In this document: positions 1-12,479 of the stretch, piece after piece
Position numbering within the stretch: the first letter of the stretch is position 1
Layout of the letters: every line of letters begins with the position of its first letter
Translations under genes and position numbers: made by a program
From: Octopus bimaculoides
Lineage: Eukaryota
NCBI RefSeq assembly: GCF_001194135.2
Contig: NC_068982.1
Location: 36,006,360-36,070,359 of the forward strand
Reading direction: 5' to 3'
Length of the DNA stretch: 64,000 bases
Notes under the pieces: generated by a model
Databases searched by the model: none
What the model was told of the DNA's origin: nothing
Seen by the model: only the letters and a program-made list of their open reading frames with translations

Positions 1-1362
1 GATTTTTGAAATTTTTTTTTCAGAATCGGAATCTCCATAGCCTAAAACGTGGGATTCCGTTAAAAAAATAAATAAATAAAGGGGAAAGGTTCAGATTACA
101 TATAGTCCATCTGGACAATTTTGGTGACTGGGTAGATAGTAACCATTTCAAGATTTGGTGTATGGATGTAATTTTCCACGCTGAACCTCAGCGGATAATT
201 CGCTTTTTGCAGAAAAAATTTTTTTTTAAAGTTTGATCATTTTTACCTAGTCAGAAAACAGGATTTGGAAGCTGTCATTTTGTGCGTGACAGCACATGTC
301 AGCTGTAAACAAATGAAATATTGTAGGAATTCTGCTTTATGCATGTCATAACCCCACATAACTTTATTTTTTGAAAATTTCAGAAAGTTTTTGCGAATAT
401 GTATTCTACACGGGGAATTCATATGATTATGAGGGAAAAAAAATTCATGCTATGATTTAAGGCCTATTTAGCTGTTATTTTTAGCACATCTCATGGTCAC
501 CTTATACTGCAGGTGTTTTAAGCAATAAGTGACAAAAAGAACATGTGGTAAGAAGCTTGGTAACAGCTTGCCTTGTTTCTATGGAAACAGGTACTTATAT
601 ATCTGTGGCTTTCAGATGGCTAAAATTAACCAAAATTTTCAACCTTATGGCGAAAATGGAAGAAGTTGAAAAGTGGCTCCAAACAAAAGATTCTAGAAAA
701 TACCCAAGGTGTTATGCAGTGAGACTGAATCTCGTACCATGTCATCGAGAAGCAATAATTTTTATTTTTGGAATTTTCTACAAAGTTATCGTTTTTGTGA
801 CCAAACAACAGTTGTGTAACATAGAGTGGGTGAAAGGTGCAAGGGACATAATCAAATTAATTTGCAATGCCTTGTTTAGCATCAAATCAGCTTCAATTAT
901 GTAGCGTCTAAAGCCAAGGAAATCCAACCATAGCCATCCAGTTTTCTGTATTCAAGACTACATTGTCCAATGTCTTCATCGCGTTTGAAAGCTACCATGA
1001 TAAAATGGTTTTTTTTTTGTTTCATACACTTGAAATTAGGATTCTGATTTATACAAATATTATCTTACATTTTAACTCTCATTCATACCCTTTTCATTCC
1101 CCATAGACTATGGAGTTCGGAAGGACAGGTACTCCAAAATAGCATCTCTACTGTCAGTTGCTCAGCTTGTTAGAAACTGCTGTACTTGTAAGAATTACTA
1201 TTTTACAAAAATGAAATACATTTGGTTATACAAACCTAGAGATGGTAAAAAAACCCCTCTTGGTTATTAGTATTTGGAATAGTCTTAACTTGCTTAACTA
1301 TATGCTCTACAGTTTTATTCATTCACAAATGTCACCTGTAAGTCTACATATTGATAGATACA

Positions 1363-2316
1363 AGGATGCTACTTTGGTGTGTGATCTACAAGAGAGATGA
1401 CTTTTAAAATTGTTTTGTACATACTTAGCATTGTAAATGTATTTTTTCAAAATTCTTACCAATTTCATACGAAAACCGTATAATAATTAAAATAAGCATG
1501 TAGATCACCTACCAAAGTAAATTTGTTCATGTAGATCATACGAGGAGTGTATGAAAAGTTTTGAGCCTAACCTAGAAACGGAGCAGGTAGATAGCTGAAA
1601 CAATGTTTTCTGCTAAGTACAGTCTTTTCGGAGTATTCTTGCTCATTTTTATGATTCTGATATTTTTTTTTTTTGTTGCATATTTTTGAATAAAAAAATG
1701 TCGAGGTTACAAGGAAAAGGGAGAAAACTAAGTATCATGCTGTCATAAAGTACCTTCATTTGAAAGACATGACTCCATCAGAAATCCATGAAGATATGGT
1801 GAGAATCTTAACAGACGATGCTCCTTCATATGCAACAGTTAAACGCTGGGTAAATGAATTCAAGTGTGGCAGGGAGAATGTGGAAGATGATCCCAGACCC
1901 GGCAAACCTCCAGCTGCAACCACCAAGGACAACCTTGACCTTGCTCTTGGTATGATAATGCAAGATCGCCGAATATCATGTCGTCAGATAGCCGAGAGAC
2001 TGGGCATCTCAACTGAAAGAACAGACAACATTGTGACAAAAGAACTTGGGTTCTCAAAGGTTTCCGTCTTTTGACTCGTACAGACAGAAGCCACTAACAC
2101 AAAATAAGCTAAAAAGTAATCTCCCTTTAAATTGTACATCACAGCAAAGTGGCACCTTTCTTTTTCTTAAATTATGTGAATTTAGTGTTGGTTTCTTGTA
2201 AAAATGCAACAGCCTTTGTCCCGTCGCTGATCACATTGTAAAAATTTTTAGCCAACATCTTACGGGTTTTTAGAAATTGAAAAAGAAAACTAAGAAGTAA
2301 ACCTCCCTTGTAGATC
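1363..2316. mobile_element. Degenerate foldback/MITE-like host element with inverted subterminal repeats, interrupted by the mariner
   Basis: gatctacaagagagatgactt (1383-1403) is approximately inverted at 2295-2316 and, with flanking bases, at about 2113-2156. Confidence 0.4.
1541..2080 (+). mobile_element. Truncated mariner transposon (5' TIR + N-terminal HTH region of transposase)
   Basis: TA|cgaggagtgtatgaaaagtt terminus; EKTKYHAVIKYLHLKDMTPSEIH...YATVKRWVNEFKCGRENVEDDPRPGKP...RRISCRQIAERLGIS; start codon lost, DDD domain absent. Confidence 0.85.
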
Positions 2317-4171
2317 GAGTGCTGAAGTAACACTGATACAATTGTGCATCTTTGAAGAAGAAAAAAAAGGATCCTATTAGCGAAATCTTCATATATTCAC
2401 TGCAAACATATTACATCACCAATTATTCCATTATTGTATCGATTAGTTTGAATTACAGTGTCTAGTATAGTCTAAAACACATGTTCGATTTGCTACTCAT
2501 TTTTTTATTTTTATCATTGTTGAAAATATAAAAAAAAAAAAACTGGTGCATTAAAATATATGTTATCACCATCATAGCTATCTTGTCTTTCAACATATTT
2601 ATGGCTTTGATTTGTAGGAACTCAAAAGGATGATGACCCATTGCAAAAATATGCTAGAGTGCTGCTCAAATTGATAGTGGTAAAGAAATTCATAGGAGTT
2701 GTAATTAGGAAGAACCCTATTGTAGCCAGGAATCTGTTACCTGTCTATCCAATTGGGCTTTATTATAGACTAGCTTAAGAGCCGCACTCTGTGCAGACTT
2801 CTAAGCTAGCCTGTGGAGGGCTAATTGGACCTTCAGCCCAAAACTGAAGAGACCAATAGTAATAAAACATTTATTGGTATCCTACCATCTCAGATTTATA
2901 TCACAGAACATCACATTTTGGAGAATTTTATATCACTGTGACATTTGAAGATCACTGTAAAGCAACAGGAACGACATTCTTGGTTTTACCATTTGGTGTT
3001 AGTAGGAAGAGATTGTTGCCATTTCCAACTCTGGAACAACCAACATAGAGCAGACCATGGGAAAAGTACTGCTGCATGAGGTGAAGTCCAACAATTTCGA
3101 GTGATTGTCATTGACTCTTGTTAATTGTATTATTGTAGGTGACGAAGGTAACTGTCACAAAGTTTGGTATTGAATTCAAAAAGTTTTGGTCAGTTTTCTA
3201 ATACTGTTGTGTTTATCATTATAGCTAAGCGAAGTAAATCTTGTAAACCATTTGAGACCTCTCACGGTCACCTGGCCTGCTAGAAATAGTAGCCCAAATG
3301 CTCTTACATCAGATCTCAATGCTAGATGTTGAAGAACCTAAAAGAAGGTCGGGTTTTCAATCCCAGGATCATCCCGATTCCAAAAAAGTATATGTCTATG
3401 TAGAGCAAATGTAGATACAGGGGTTCTGAACAGACAGAATTTCACTCTATTTAGAAGTGAAAAAAAAGGCCCAGAGCCAGCAAGATATAGGTTTGAGCAT
3501 TTCTAGGTAATGATCTCTGTATTGTTCTATAGAGCAACTTGAGAGAATCATCAAGAAAAATATACTTATTTACCTTAATTATTTGTAAAATTTGGTGAGC
3601 TGGACTTGATGAGGCTATGACAAACCCAAAGAAGAAATGAGCAAACAGGCACAGGACGAAGAAGGGCTACTTATGGAAAAAAAACACTGGAAGAAACTCA
3701 GTGTAATAATCTCAACACAAACCACGTGAGAAACATGAAAGAATAAAACTTCAGTGAATAATGAAAAAATTTGTTTGTCAAAAGTATTAACAGAGCCAGC
3801 AGCTTGGTTTAAGCTCCAAGGTCCAGGTTCTTCTGGCTGACAAGATGCAACATGTCAAAACATGGGTTGCTGCATGGTAACTGCTATGCTCAGTTTGGTT
3901 GTGGTGGCTGCATGGATGACATGAACACCAGGCTACAATATGGGCCAAAAGACTCTAGACATTCTTAATTGCAACTGCTATTCATCATTGCTGGAGGGTG
4001 CAGTAGTCAGAAGGTGGTGAAATAGTTGGGATCTCCACTTACAGCTGAAGAGAGTCTCATTGTGGGTACTCTGTAAAATACTGCAGGCAGCTCACAAGAG
4101 CCATCCACACACCCAGGATCAGTGACTCTAAATAATGACTACCAAATTTTCACAGTAATATTATATAATAA

Positions 4172-4370
4172 AGGTGTGAGCTAGCAGAATTGTTAGTGTG
4201 CCAGACAAAATGCTTAGTGTAATTTCTTTTGGCTAGCTCTAACTCTGCCAAGGTCAACTTTGCTTATCGTCTTTTGGCGTCGATAAAATAAATCCCAGTT
4301 GAGTACTGGGTTTATGTTATTGACTAGCTTTTCCTCTTTAAAATTGCTGGCCTTGTACCAAAATTAGAAA
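4172..4370 (+). mobile_element. tRNA-derived SINE, family D (core gtcaactttgc...tcgataaaat...agtac)
   Basis: Same sequence recurs at about 40470-40658(-), 48425-48657(-), 48660-48868(-), 61665-61858(+); better-preserved copies have a B-box-like gagttcaaattc. Confidence 0.7.
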
Positions 4371-4380
4371 AAAATATATA

Positions 4381-4640
4381 GGCACAGACATGACTGTGTG
4401 GTAAGAAGCTTGCTTCCCAACCACATGGTTCCACATTGTCCCACTGCAAGGCACCTTGGGTAAGTATCTTCTATAGCCTCGGGCCAACTATAGTCTTCTG
4501 AGTGGATTTTGTAGATAGAAACTGAAAGAAGCCTGTTGTATATATAGATATGTGTACCTGTTTTCCACCCAATCACTGCTTGACAACTGGTGTTTATATC
4601 CCTGTAACATAATAGTTTGGCAAAGAATAAAAGAACAAAA
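4381..4640 (+). mobile_element. tRNA-derived SINE, family A (head gtgtggtaagaagcttgcttcccaaccacatggttc...accttgggcaagt)
   Basis: A/B-box-like head, internal microsatellite, 3' module. Further full or partial copies at about 9400-9770(-), 9785-10090(-), 17925-18075(+), 22805-23070(+), 25858-26170(-), 28600-28760(-), 35955-36367(+), 39925-40110(-), 40680-40835(-), 49517-49915(+), 55680-56095(+), 62775-63105(+). These explain most spurious ORFs in the track (…PKVPCSGTEPGTMWLGSKLLTTQP). Confidence 0.8.
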
Positions 4641-5078
4641 GAAAAACAACTAATTTAACTAGTTTTAGCATTTCTCATTGCCAGTTGTTTCCAACAAAAA
4701 ATTGATCAATCTTGGATAGGAATTTTTCTTGAGTTGAAAGGAGTCCCTCATAGGGACAATTCTTTGTCCTTGTTCATTTGATATAGGTGCTTCTCTAATA
4801 TAAACAATGGTATTACATCTGAAGATAAACACAAATATTGATCAGTTACCCTACCCTATTGGTGACACTCAAATGAATAACTACTTGAATGAAAGACAAT
4901 TTCAGATCAACAAAAAGCATTTCTGTATAAATAAATCACCTGCATTTTGAATTTGAGTGTGAAAATGGCTCCAACATCGATTGTTTGGGCTATAAATTGT
5001 CACTGCATTAATCCCTTTTTATTTAGATGGAAAAATTTTCTCGAACATCCTTTTGTTTTATGTAGGGGTCTGGATTAA

Positions 5079-5289
5079 TCCTTTAACATTCAGATCATTG
5101 TCAAATGTAATGCTTATTCATTCACATTGTTTTGAATTAATCATGTATTATCTCAGCTTCAAGATTTTGAGGAAGTGACTGTTTATTTTTAGAATGACAT
5201 TGTGGGGTAGGTATGAGAGGTCAGATCTGGCAGCTCAAACATAAAACAGAAAATCTGGGCTAGATGTGGCCAGTTTAAATGCTAAAGGG
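5079..5289 (+). mobile_element. TTAA-flanked piggyBac-type MITE (about 210-225 bp)
   Basis: ttaa|tcctttaacatt ... aatgctaaaggg|ttga; interior matches other copies. Confidence 0.7.
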
Positions 5290-5845
5290 TTGAATTAAGG
5301 CACTACGTCTCCTAAAAATGATTGCTCTAGTGTAATTATATTCCAAGGCCATATGTTGCTATTTGTCATGATTTAGAGATCTATGAATTTTAGTGCTATT
5401 AAGTTATTACTACATTTCATGCTTCAGTTAGTTTCTGCTTAGATCAAGTTCTTTCTTCATGAAAACAAAGTTGTTTCAAAACAAAGCTGGAATAGAAATA
5501 GAGGGAAAAACCCCCAGCTTTGAATAGTTTAAGAAAGTAAACATTGTATCCTGATTATATTAAACCATAATAGTACTTCATGATACATGATATGACATTG
5601 TTTTTGATTCCTATATACTGCATATAAAATTATAAATTAGTTTTCAGCAGAATTCACAGGGCGTAAAAGCCCTGAAAATACACATGGTCTACTTCAGCTT
5701 TTTATGAGTGTATTTCTGTTCCAGTATAATCAAGATTTTGACTGAGTTAAGCAAAATATATATATATGCAGCTTTATAATTGGTATATTATTTTAGTGAC
5801 CAAATCAAATCTTATGTTATAATGAGATTCTGTTTGAGAGTTTAA

Positions 5846-6060
5846 CCTTTTAGCATTCAGATTATTTTGTCAGATGTAATGCTTATTTATTTACATTGCT
5901 TGGAATTAATCATGTATTATCTTGTATTTTTGAGATTTCAATGATGTAACTTTATTTTCAAAATGACATTGTAGGGTAGGTGTGAGAGGAAGGATCTGAC
6001 CAATCTGAACTTAAAACAGAATATTTTGACTCGATATGGCCAGTTTAAATGCTAAAAGGC
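5846..6060 (+). mobile_element. TTAA-flanked piggyBac-type MITE, second copy
   Basis: ttaa|ccttttagcattcag ... aatgctaaaagg. Confidence 0.7.
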
Positions 6061-6558
6061 TAATGTCAAGATGAACACTTCAGTATAGGTGAATTGGTAT
6101 TAATAAGGTTATAAGAAAAGAACATGAGACAGATCGTTTTTTTTTTTTTTTACAAAAAGTAAATTTTATTGCCTGAACTCATTTGTTTTCACAAATTTAT
6201 AAATATTACTGAACTCTTATTACTATTTTTCATAAATTGAGGTTTTAACTATTTATATAGAACCAGATGAGTAATTTTAGATTAGTTTCATTGCATGAAT
6301 ACCCTCTCCACCCATACTTTATATTTCAAGAAATATTTTTACTTTTGTTAAATAAGATAAGGAGTTAAAGAGCTGTAATTTGTGTTTTCTTTTTGATGTT
6401 TAACTGCAGGTCAACTCTTAACCATCATATCTATGATCCAAAGTATTCTAGTGATGGCCATCCTGTCTTTTTAGGGTTATGTAGGGCATTAATCAAAATG
6501 TCCTATCCTTACTTAAAACAGCAGGGTATAATTCGAGGGAAATTTGCCTGCTTTTTCT

Positions 6559-6608
6559 CTATCAGTCAATAACTGGTATACTGAAGTATACCAGTTATTG
6601 ACTGATAG
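6559..6608. repeat. Perfect inverted repeat: 23-bp arms, 4-nt loop
   Basis: ctatcagtcaataactggtatac-tgaa-gtataccagttattgactgatag. Confidence 0.95.
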
Positions 6609-8757
6609 TAAACAACAATGGCAGGGATAAAATAAAAATTCAAAGATAGAATTACAACAAATTCAACTGGAAGAATTTTGGAAGGTATCACAATAGGAAA
6701 GGCTCTAAACACCCAATTTATTTTGTTTCTGAACAACAGCTGAATTTAAGGACCAGCACATGAAAACCTTTAAGTTTTACCAAAACAGTTATTGGACTTT
6801 CATGATTATTTCTCAATAAATCTCAACACTAAACTTGTGGGGAGATCAGAGAGAGAGAAGAAGGGACTAGTACATCATATCCATTTATCTTTCACAGTGC
6901 AGCTTAATGTGAGGGGGAAAATAGACTTGCTGTACCAAGAATTATTGAAGAGAATGCAAGAAAAAGTCCAAGTAACTTAAATTTGTAAACAGGAAGTGGT
7001 TATTTTATAAACAATATAGCTTTGTCTTATTAAAAGGCACCCCCAAATAGTTAACTTACTGAGTAATCCAAATTCACATTAGATAAGTGCTTTATCTGGA
7101 GAAATTAGATGACTGTACTTTTAAAATTATTATAATGGAGTCAATGTCTCCATATTAAAAAGAAATAATCCATGTATTCTTCTCGTAAACATAAAATTTC
7201 CGCACCTGCATCTATCTTTTTACAAGAATTATTTATGGAACTAAGCATAACAAATTGATGCATATGGAGTGAAAGAGAGAAAAATAGCTATACAAAAGCC
7301 TTTGAAATTTATACATTGTTAATGAGAATTACAAATAGTTGTTTTTAACACTGACTGCTTTAAAGAGCTTGATGTATACACATAAATAACTTGATTATAA
7401 TGCTCAAATAAAGTAATGTAAAAATTTAAGACTTTGTGCCTCGTTTCACATTTTTCTTCACCTCTTTTATGTATGGATGTATACTCAGTGTTACTATTGA
7501 GGTTCACTAAATTCTTCTTGAAGACAAGACATAAAAATCTCTGCTCAGCTTGTCATAAGCTTGATGGTAGTGGAGTGCTCCTTATTTGTACAGCCATATA
7601 CATTTATCTTTATGTACAGGGTATATGTTTCAGGTCATCAATGAATTTAATCTGCTGAAACTATAGCATTTATATTTTCAGTGTTTAAATTGGATATTTT
7701 GACTTTGTACAAAATGACATGCAAATCTTGGTGATTACTGATTAATGAGATGTTTGATTTAAAAACAATAAAATATAAAACTGACCCAAGTTGTCACTTA
7801 TTTTTTCTAATTAATATCCGAGAGTATGGCAAACAGGGCAGAAACATAAGGCTGTACTATTTAGTTACATCCTTTTATGTTCAGAATTTAAATTCAGCTG
7901 AGTTCAATAATTCAACCAGTAATATACTGGCTGATTCATTCAACCATAAACCTCCTATAGTTTGGCAATGTCAATTTAATTTTCATAATTTCAAGAAGTA
8001 AATTTTTTTTCTCTTTCCTTATTTTCCATAAAAATATTTACATTACATTTTTTTTTCTTTGCATTTAGGTAATTCTTATCAGCAATCAAAAATTTTGGAC
8101 CACTTTCTTATGAAGGAAGGTTGATCCAAATATATTACTCAGTTACATGACAACTTTTCATAACATCTCAGATTAAAAACTAGACAAGATTTTAATACAC
8201 GTATATTAAAACTATTGCATTTTATCATGATATATATTTTCATTTCAATGCCTTTTCAATATTTAACAGTCATCTATTATATAAATAAAATGAAATCAGC
8301 ATAAAAAATAGGTAATATACTAAAGGATTATTGGTCTGTATGATATTTATCGATTGGGATAATGCATTAACTTCAGTAAAACACATTTATATCATCTTTA
8401 TACAGGATAGAATGCAATTTTGCCAAAGAGACTCCCAATATAAATATTTTTTAGTATTCTTCCCTGGATTGCATTCAAATGTTTTGGGATTTTTTTAATA
8501 GCATTATTATGAAGAAAATCTGTAGGTAAAATTAAATGTGTTTTACAACATAATCTTTACCTTGGTAACAAATAAATGTATTATTACTGTAGAACATAAT
8601 TTAAATCAGAGAATTAACACCACTATTTCACATTTTTGATGATTTAAATAACATATAGTTAAAGAGTCTTTGAATAAAATTTATAATACAGCTCTTTAAA
8701 AATCTGCACAACTGAAATCATATTTTCTTCAGAATGTTCTTTTTTACAACCGTTTTG

Positions 8758-8763
8758 TTTATT
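8758..8763 (-). terminator. Candidate polyadenylation signal AATAAA for MAN1B1
   Basis: First AATAAA on the minus strand, about 60 nt after the stop; the region is very AT-rich, so a chance match or a longer UTR is possible. Confidence 0.3.
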
Positions 8764-8823
8764 TTTCTGTGATGAAAAATGGCAAAAGAAAAAAAAATTT
8801 TTTGAATGAATTTTTTAATATAT

Positions 8824-9156
8824 TTAAGAATTATAGATTGGTAATGGATGAGCTTCACTGTTAAATACATATTTGTCCAAAGGAATAATAGCATCACCTT
8901 CTGCGAAAAGTAAATAGAAATATTTCAGGGTTTCCGCTAAAAAGAAACTTTCCATTTTATCTGTAAAACCAGGATTGGTAATACTTTTGACATTATTGAT
9001 GGCAGAATAACCAGCATTAGGGAGCTTGGTATATTTCTCAAAAGCTTGGAATATCATCCAACCCCACTCTTGGTATTTTTTGTCTTTAGTAATTTGGTAT
9101 AAATAAAAAAGGCTTTCCACTGTTTCTGGTCGATGAAGATTGTGAGCGTCTACTGC
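8824..9156 (-). CDS. MAN1B1: MAN1B1 exon 11 (last coding exon)
   Basis: ctttacag acceptor; [20 protein letters not shown]...[14 protein letters not shown]...[13 protein letters not shown]-stop; 333 nt including TAA. Confidence 0.96.
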   Translation of the reverse strand, partial: AVDAHNLHRPETVESLFYLYQITKDKKYQEWGWMIFQAFEKYTKLPNAGYSAINNVKSITNPGFTDKMESFFLAETLKYFYLLFAEGDAIIPLDKYVFNSEAHPLPIYNS

Positions 9157-10353
9157 CTGTAAAGATATAATTATAAGGTTTCATAGATGAATGAAACAAA
9201 AACCAAATAGTTAAAATTTTAGAAATAAATTGATAAAACACCAATTACCAATAGAAATATAATAAAACAATGATTGTGAGAGGAGTGTTGAGAAATTATA
9301 TTTCACTGTCTCACACAAGTGAAGAGTATCTAAATAAGAAAATTCCTTTTCAAGTAATTCATGAATATGTTCGCATTATTAACAAGTATGGAAATCAATT
9401 CTCTCTTAGTTCTTGCAGTCACTGGACCATGGCCATGCTTGGGCATCATCTAGAAGAGTTTAATTGAACAAATCAACCCTAGGACTTATTTTAAAGTCTG
9501 GTACTTATTCTGTCAGTCACTTTTACCAACCCATTAAGTTGTGGGGACATAAACAAACCATCACCGGTTGCCAAGTAGTTGTGGGTGACGAGAAAACAAA
9601 GATATACACATGCCGTGCCTCCTTATAGTTTCCATCTACCAAATTCACTCACAAAGCATCGGTTGGCTCATGACTATAATAGAAGACAATTTCCCTAGGT
9701 GCTGCACGGTGGGAATGAACCTGAAAGTTGTAAAGTTAGCTTCGTAGCCACTCAGCCATGTTTGTGCCTGGTTATATATTTTACTTTTATCTTTTACTTG
9801 TTTCAGTCATTAGACTGAGACCATGCTGGGGCACTGCCTTGAAGAATTTTTAGTCAAATGAATTAACCCCAGTGCTTTTTTTTTTCTGTTAAGCCTGGTA
9901 TTATTCTATCAGTCTCCTTTGCTGAACAGTTAAGTTACAGGGACGTAAATACACCAATACTAGTTGTCAAGCAGTGGGGGTGGGGAACAGACACAAACAC
10001 ACATACATTATGGGCTTCTTTCAGTTTCCGTCTACCAAATCCATTCACAAGGCTTTGGTTGGCCCAAGGCTACAGTAGAAGATACCTGCACAAGGAAATC
10101 TGTAAAATTTTATCAGATCTCATTCTCTTTTACATTTAAATTATTGTCATAGAAAATTCATTTCTATCAGCCAACAGGAGTCCAAGTACAACAAAATATA
10201 CTGACCAAGCTACACCTTTCCCATCTCCCACAGGAGAATCTAAAAAGAATACAGGAATAATTAATTTAAAAAAAAAATTCTAAACCAGTATTTTAGCTTT
10301 GTATTACATTTATCCAGTGTAAATTAATATTTCACAATTAAACATTTAATTAC

Positions 10354-10548
10354 CTTTACAATTAAATCTTCTTTAGCTCCTGGAGCCATATTGAAGTACA
10401 CAATTTCAGGACTCAGTTTGGTGGGCATTCGATTATACATATAGAAGCAAGTTTTCATGAGTTTCTTGGCCAGTTCTAAATGATCATCTCCAAGGCCATG
10501 CATGTAACCAAGGGCCAATGTTCCAGGGAGGTAGCATAAAAGATGGTC
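10354..10548 (-). CDS. MAN1B1: MAN1B1 exon 10
   Basis: attacag acceptor, AAG|gtaatt donor; DHLLCYLPGTLALG...LMKTCFYM...LSPEIVYFN, both conserved disulfide Cys present; 195 nt, phase 0-0. Confidence 0.96.
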
Positions 10549-10571
10549 CTGTAATAAAAGAAATACTTTAA

Positions 10572-10793
10572 CTCTTTAGCATTCTGATTACTTTGTCAAA
10601 TGTAATGTTCATTTATTCATATTACTTTGAATTAATCATGTATTATTTCATAGCTTTGAGATTTCAACGTTGTGATTATTTATACTTTGAAAGTCACTGT
10701 AAGTTAGGTGTGAGAGGCCAGATATGGCTAGTTTGAATGTAAAACAGAGTACTTGGGCTGGCTATGGCTAGCTCAAACATAAAAGAGGTAGAG
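10572..10793 (+). mobile_element. TTAA-flanked piggyBac-type MITE in MAN1B1 intron 9
   Basis: ttaa|ctctttagcattc ... gag|ttaa; starts 23 nt from the exon 10 acceptor; partial inverted copy at about 10860-10945. Confidence 0.65.
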
Positions 10794-11191
10794 TTAATAC
10801 ACTTTCAACCAATATATGTTTTATTGAATGTTTCTAGACTTCATTATCCAAGAGCTTAAGTCTTTTGCATTTAAACCAGTCATATCCAGCCCAAATACTC
10901 TATCTCTTCTATGCTGAAGCTAGCCATAGCCAACCCAAATACTCAGAGAGCCAGAATTAAATATATTAAGCTTTTCACCTGACACTCTAAACAATTCTGT
11001 TAATTCACTACCAACATAAGCTATGTAGCTGAGTTCAAGTCTCACACTACAGCTGTATTAGAGACTTTCAATTATCAAATTAATTGCAAATAACACCTCA
11101 TATAAATAACATTGAAAGTGAATTGTAAATATGTTATGTAGATTAAATCCAGTCAACTCTACAGATAGAGCAGGTTTCAATACATTGTTGG

Positions 11192-11620
11192 TGCTGGTTT
11201 GACTGTGATAAAAAGTTAGCTTCCCGATTACATGATTTTAGCTCCAGTGCCATTGTGAGGTGCTTTGGGCAACTGTCTTCTATTACAGCCCTGGGCTGAC
11301 TAAAGCTTTGAGTGGGTAGGTATAGAAGACGGAACTAAAAGACGGCCATCATATATATTATATGTGCTTATGTGTGTGTGTGTATGTTACTGTCACCTTG
11401 CCTTGACATCACATGATAGTTGTAAACAAATGCTTCCGTCATGCAGTGTCCTTTGTTTCCAATCTTCTGTGAAAACATCTGGTCATGGTGAAATAGTACC
11501 ATACTTGAATAAAGGTGAAGGTTGGCAACAGGAAGTGCCTCTGACTGGAAAATCTGCCTCATCAAATTCTATTTGATCCATGTGAGCATGGAAAAATGGA
11601 TGTTAGAACAATGATGATGT
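11192..11620 (+). mobile_element. SINE family A head joined to an alternative 3' module ending in an RTE-type (GAT)n tail
   Basis: Head + (TG)n + ccttgacatcac...gaaaacatctggtcatgg...gcatggaaaaatggatgttagaacaatgatgatg; similar arrangement at about 50088-50450, and the module alone at about 21200-21435. Confidence 0.65.
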
Positions 11621-11794
11621 AGAAAAAGAGTCACTTGTTAGAGATTATAAGAGAACATCAACAAAAAGAAATGGCTGTGTTATTAAAATTTACTCTACCT
11701 CACCGAGTGAACCATTTGCATTGGATACAGATGTTTGCATTAGACTAAACCAATATCCTATGAAAGAAATCAAAATATAATATATCCAGCTTAC

Positions 11795-11918
11795 CATTTT
11801 CGGACTAAAATGTCGACCACCAAGCAGTTCCCCCAAATACACTAATTTGCTAGGTTCTGACATTTTCATGAGGTGAAGCTGCATTCCTTTCACTGCCTCT
11901 AAGTAATCATCTTTGAAA
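11795..11918 (-). CDS. MAN1B1: MAN1B1 exon 9
   Basis: ctcaacag acceptor, ATG|gtaagc donor; (T)FKDDYLEAVKGMQLHLMKMSEPSKLVYLGELLGGRHFSPKM; 124 nt, phase 2-0. Confidence 0.95.
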
Positions 11919-12479
11919 CTGTTGAGAAACAGAATTTTGAATGAAGAAAACTCTTTTAGTATCCAGCAATAAATAAAATAAATATCAGATTTTTAATTTA
12001 CAAAATAATAACTGATTTCTTACATAGGTACAAGGTCTCAGATTTTTTTAAGGGCATAAATCAGAGTGTGGGATCTTCAAGCTGTTTTAAAAACTATCAT
12101 AAGTATAAGGGAAATTCAAGCAATGGTAATAGAATTGAAAATAGGGTCTGCATCTAATACAGCCAAAACCCACAAGAAACTCAACTAAATTCTTTAGCAT
12201 TCAGATTATTCTATCAAATATAATGATAATGATTCAGGAAACAGCAGGGCTACATAAACTTTTGAAGTAGACATTATTTTCAATTATAAATAATGATTAA
12301 GAGGAGGAAGAAATAATTTGGATTAAATTATGTACAGTATGTATCTTCTCCAGTCATTACTTGATATTTTTTATAAATATTATTTTCAAATTCATCACAA
12401 GCTAGACAAAGGCTCTGTTGAGAGTGTATAATGTTTATAAGTAGACTTTCTTAAAAATAAAGATACAAATTTAACATAC

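Noticed and set aside
1-470. Possible right end of a DNA transposon running off the window edge
   Set aside because: Composition suggests a MITE, but the partner TIR and TSD cannot be seen, so no superfamily call is supportable.
6720-7700. Convergent plus-strand gene ending near the MAN1B1 3' end
   Set aside because: Only isolated acceptor-like sites with short closed frames; no recognisable protein.
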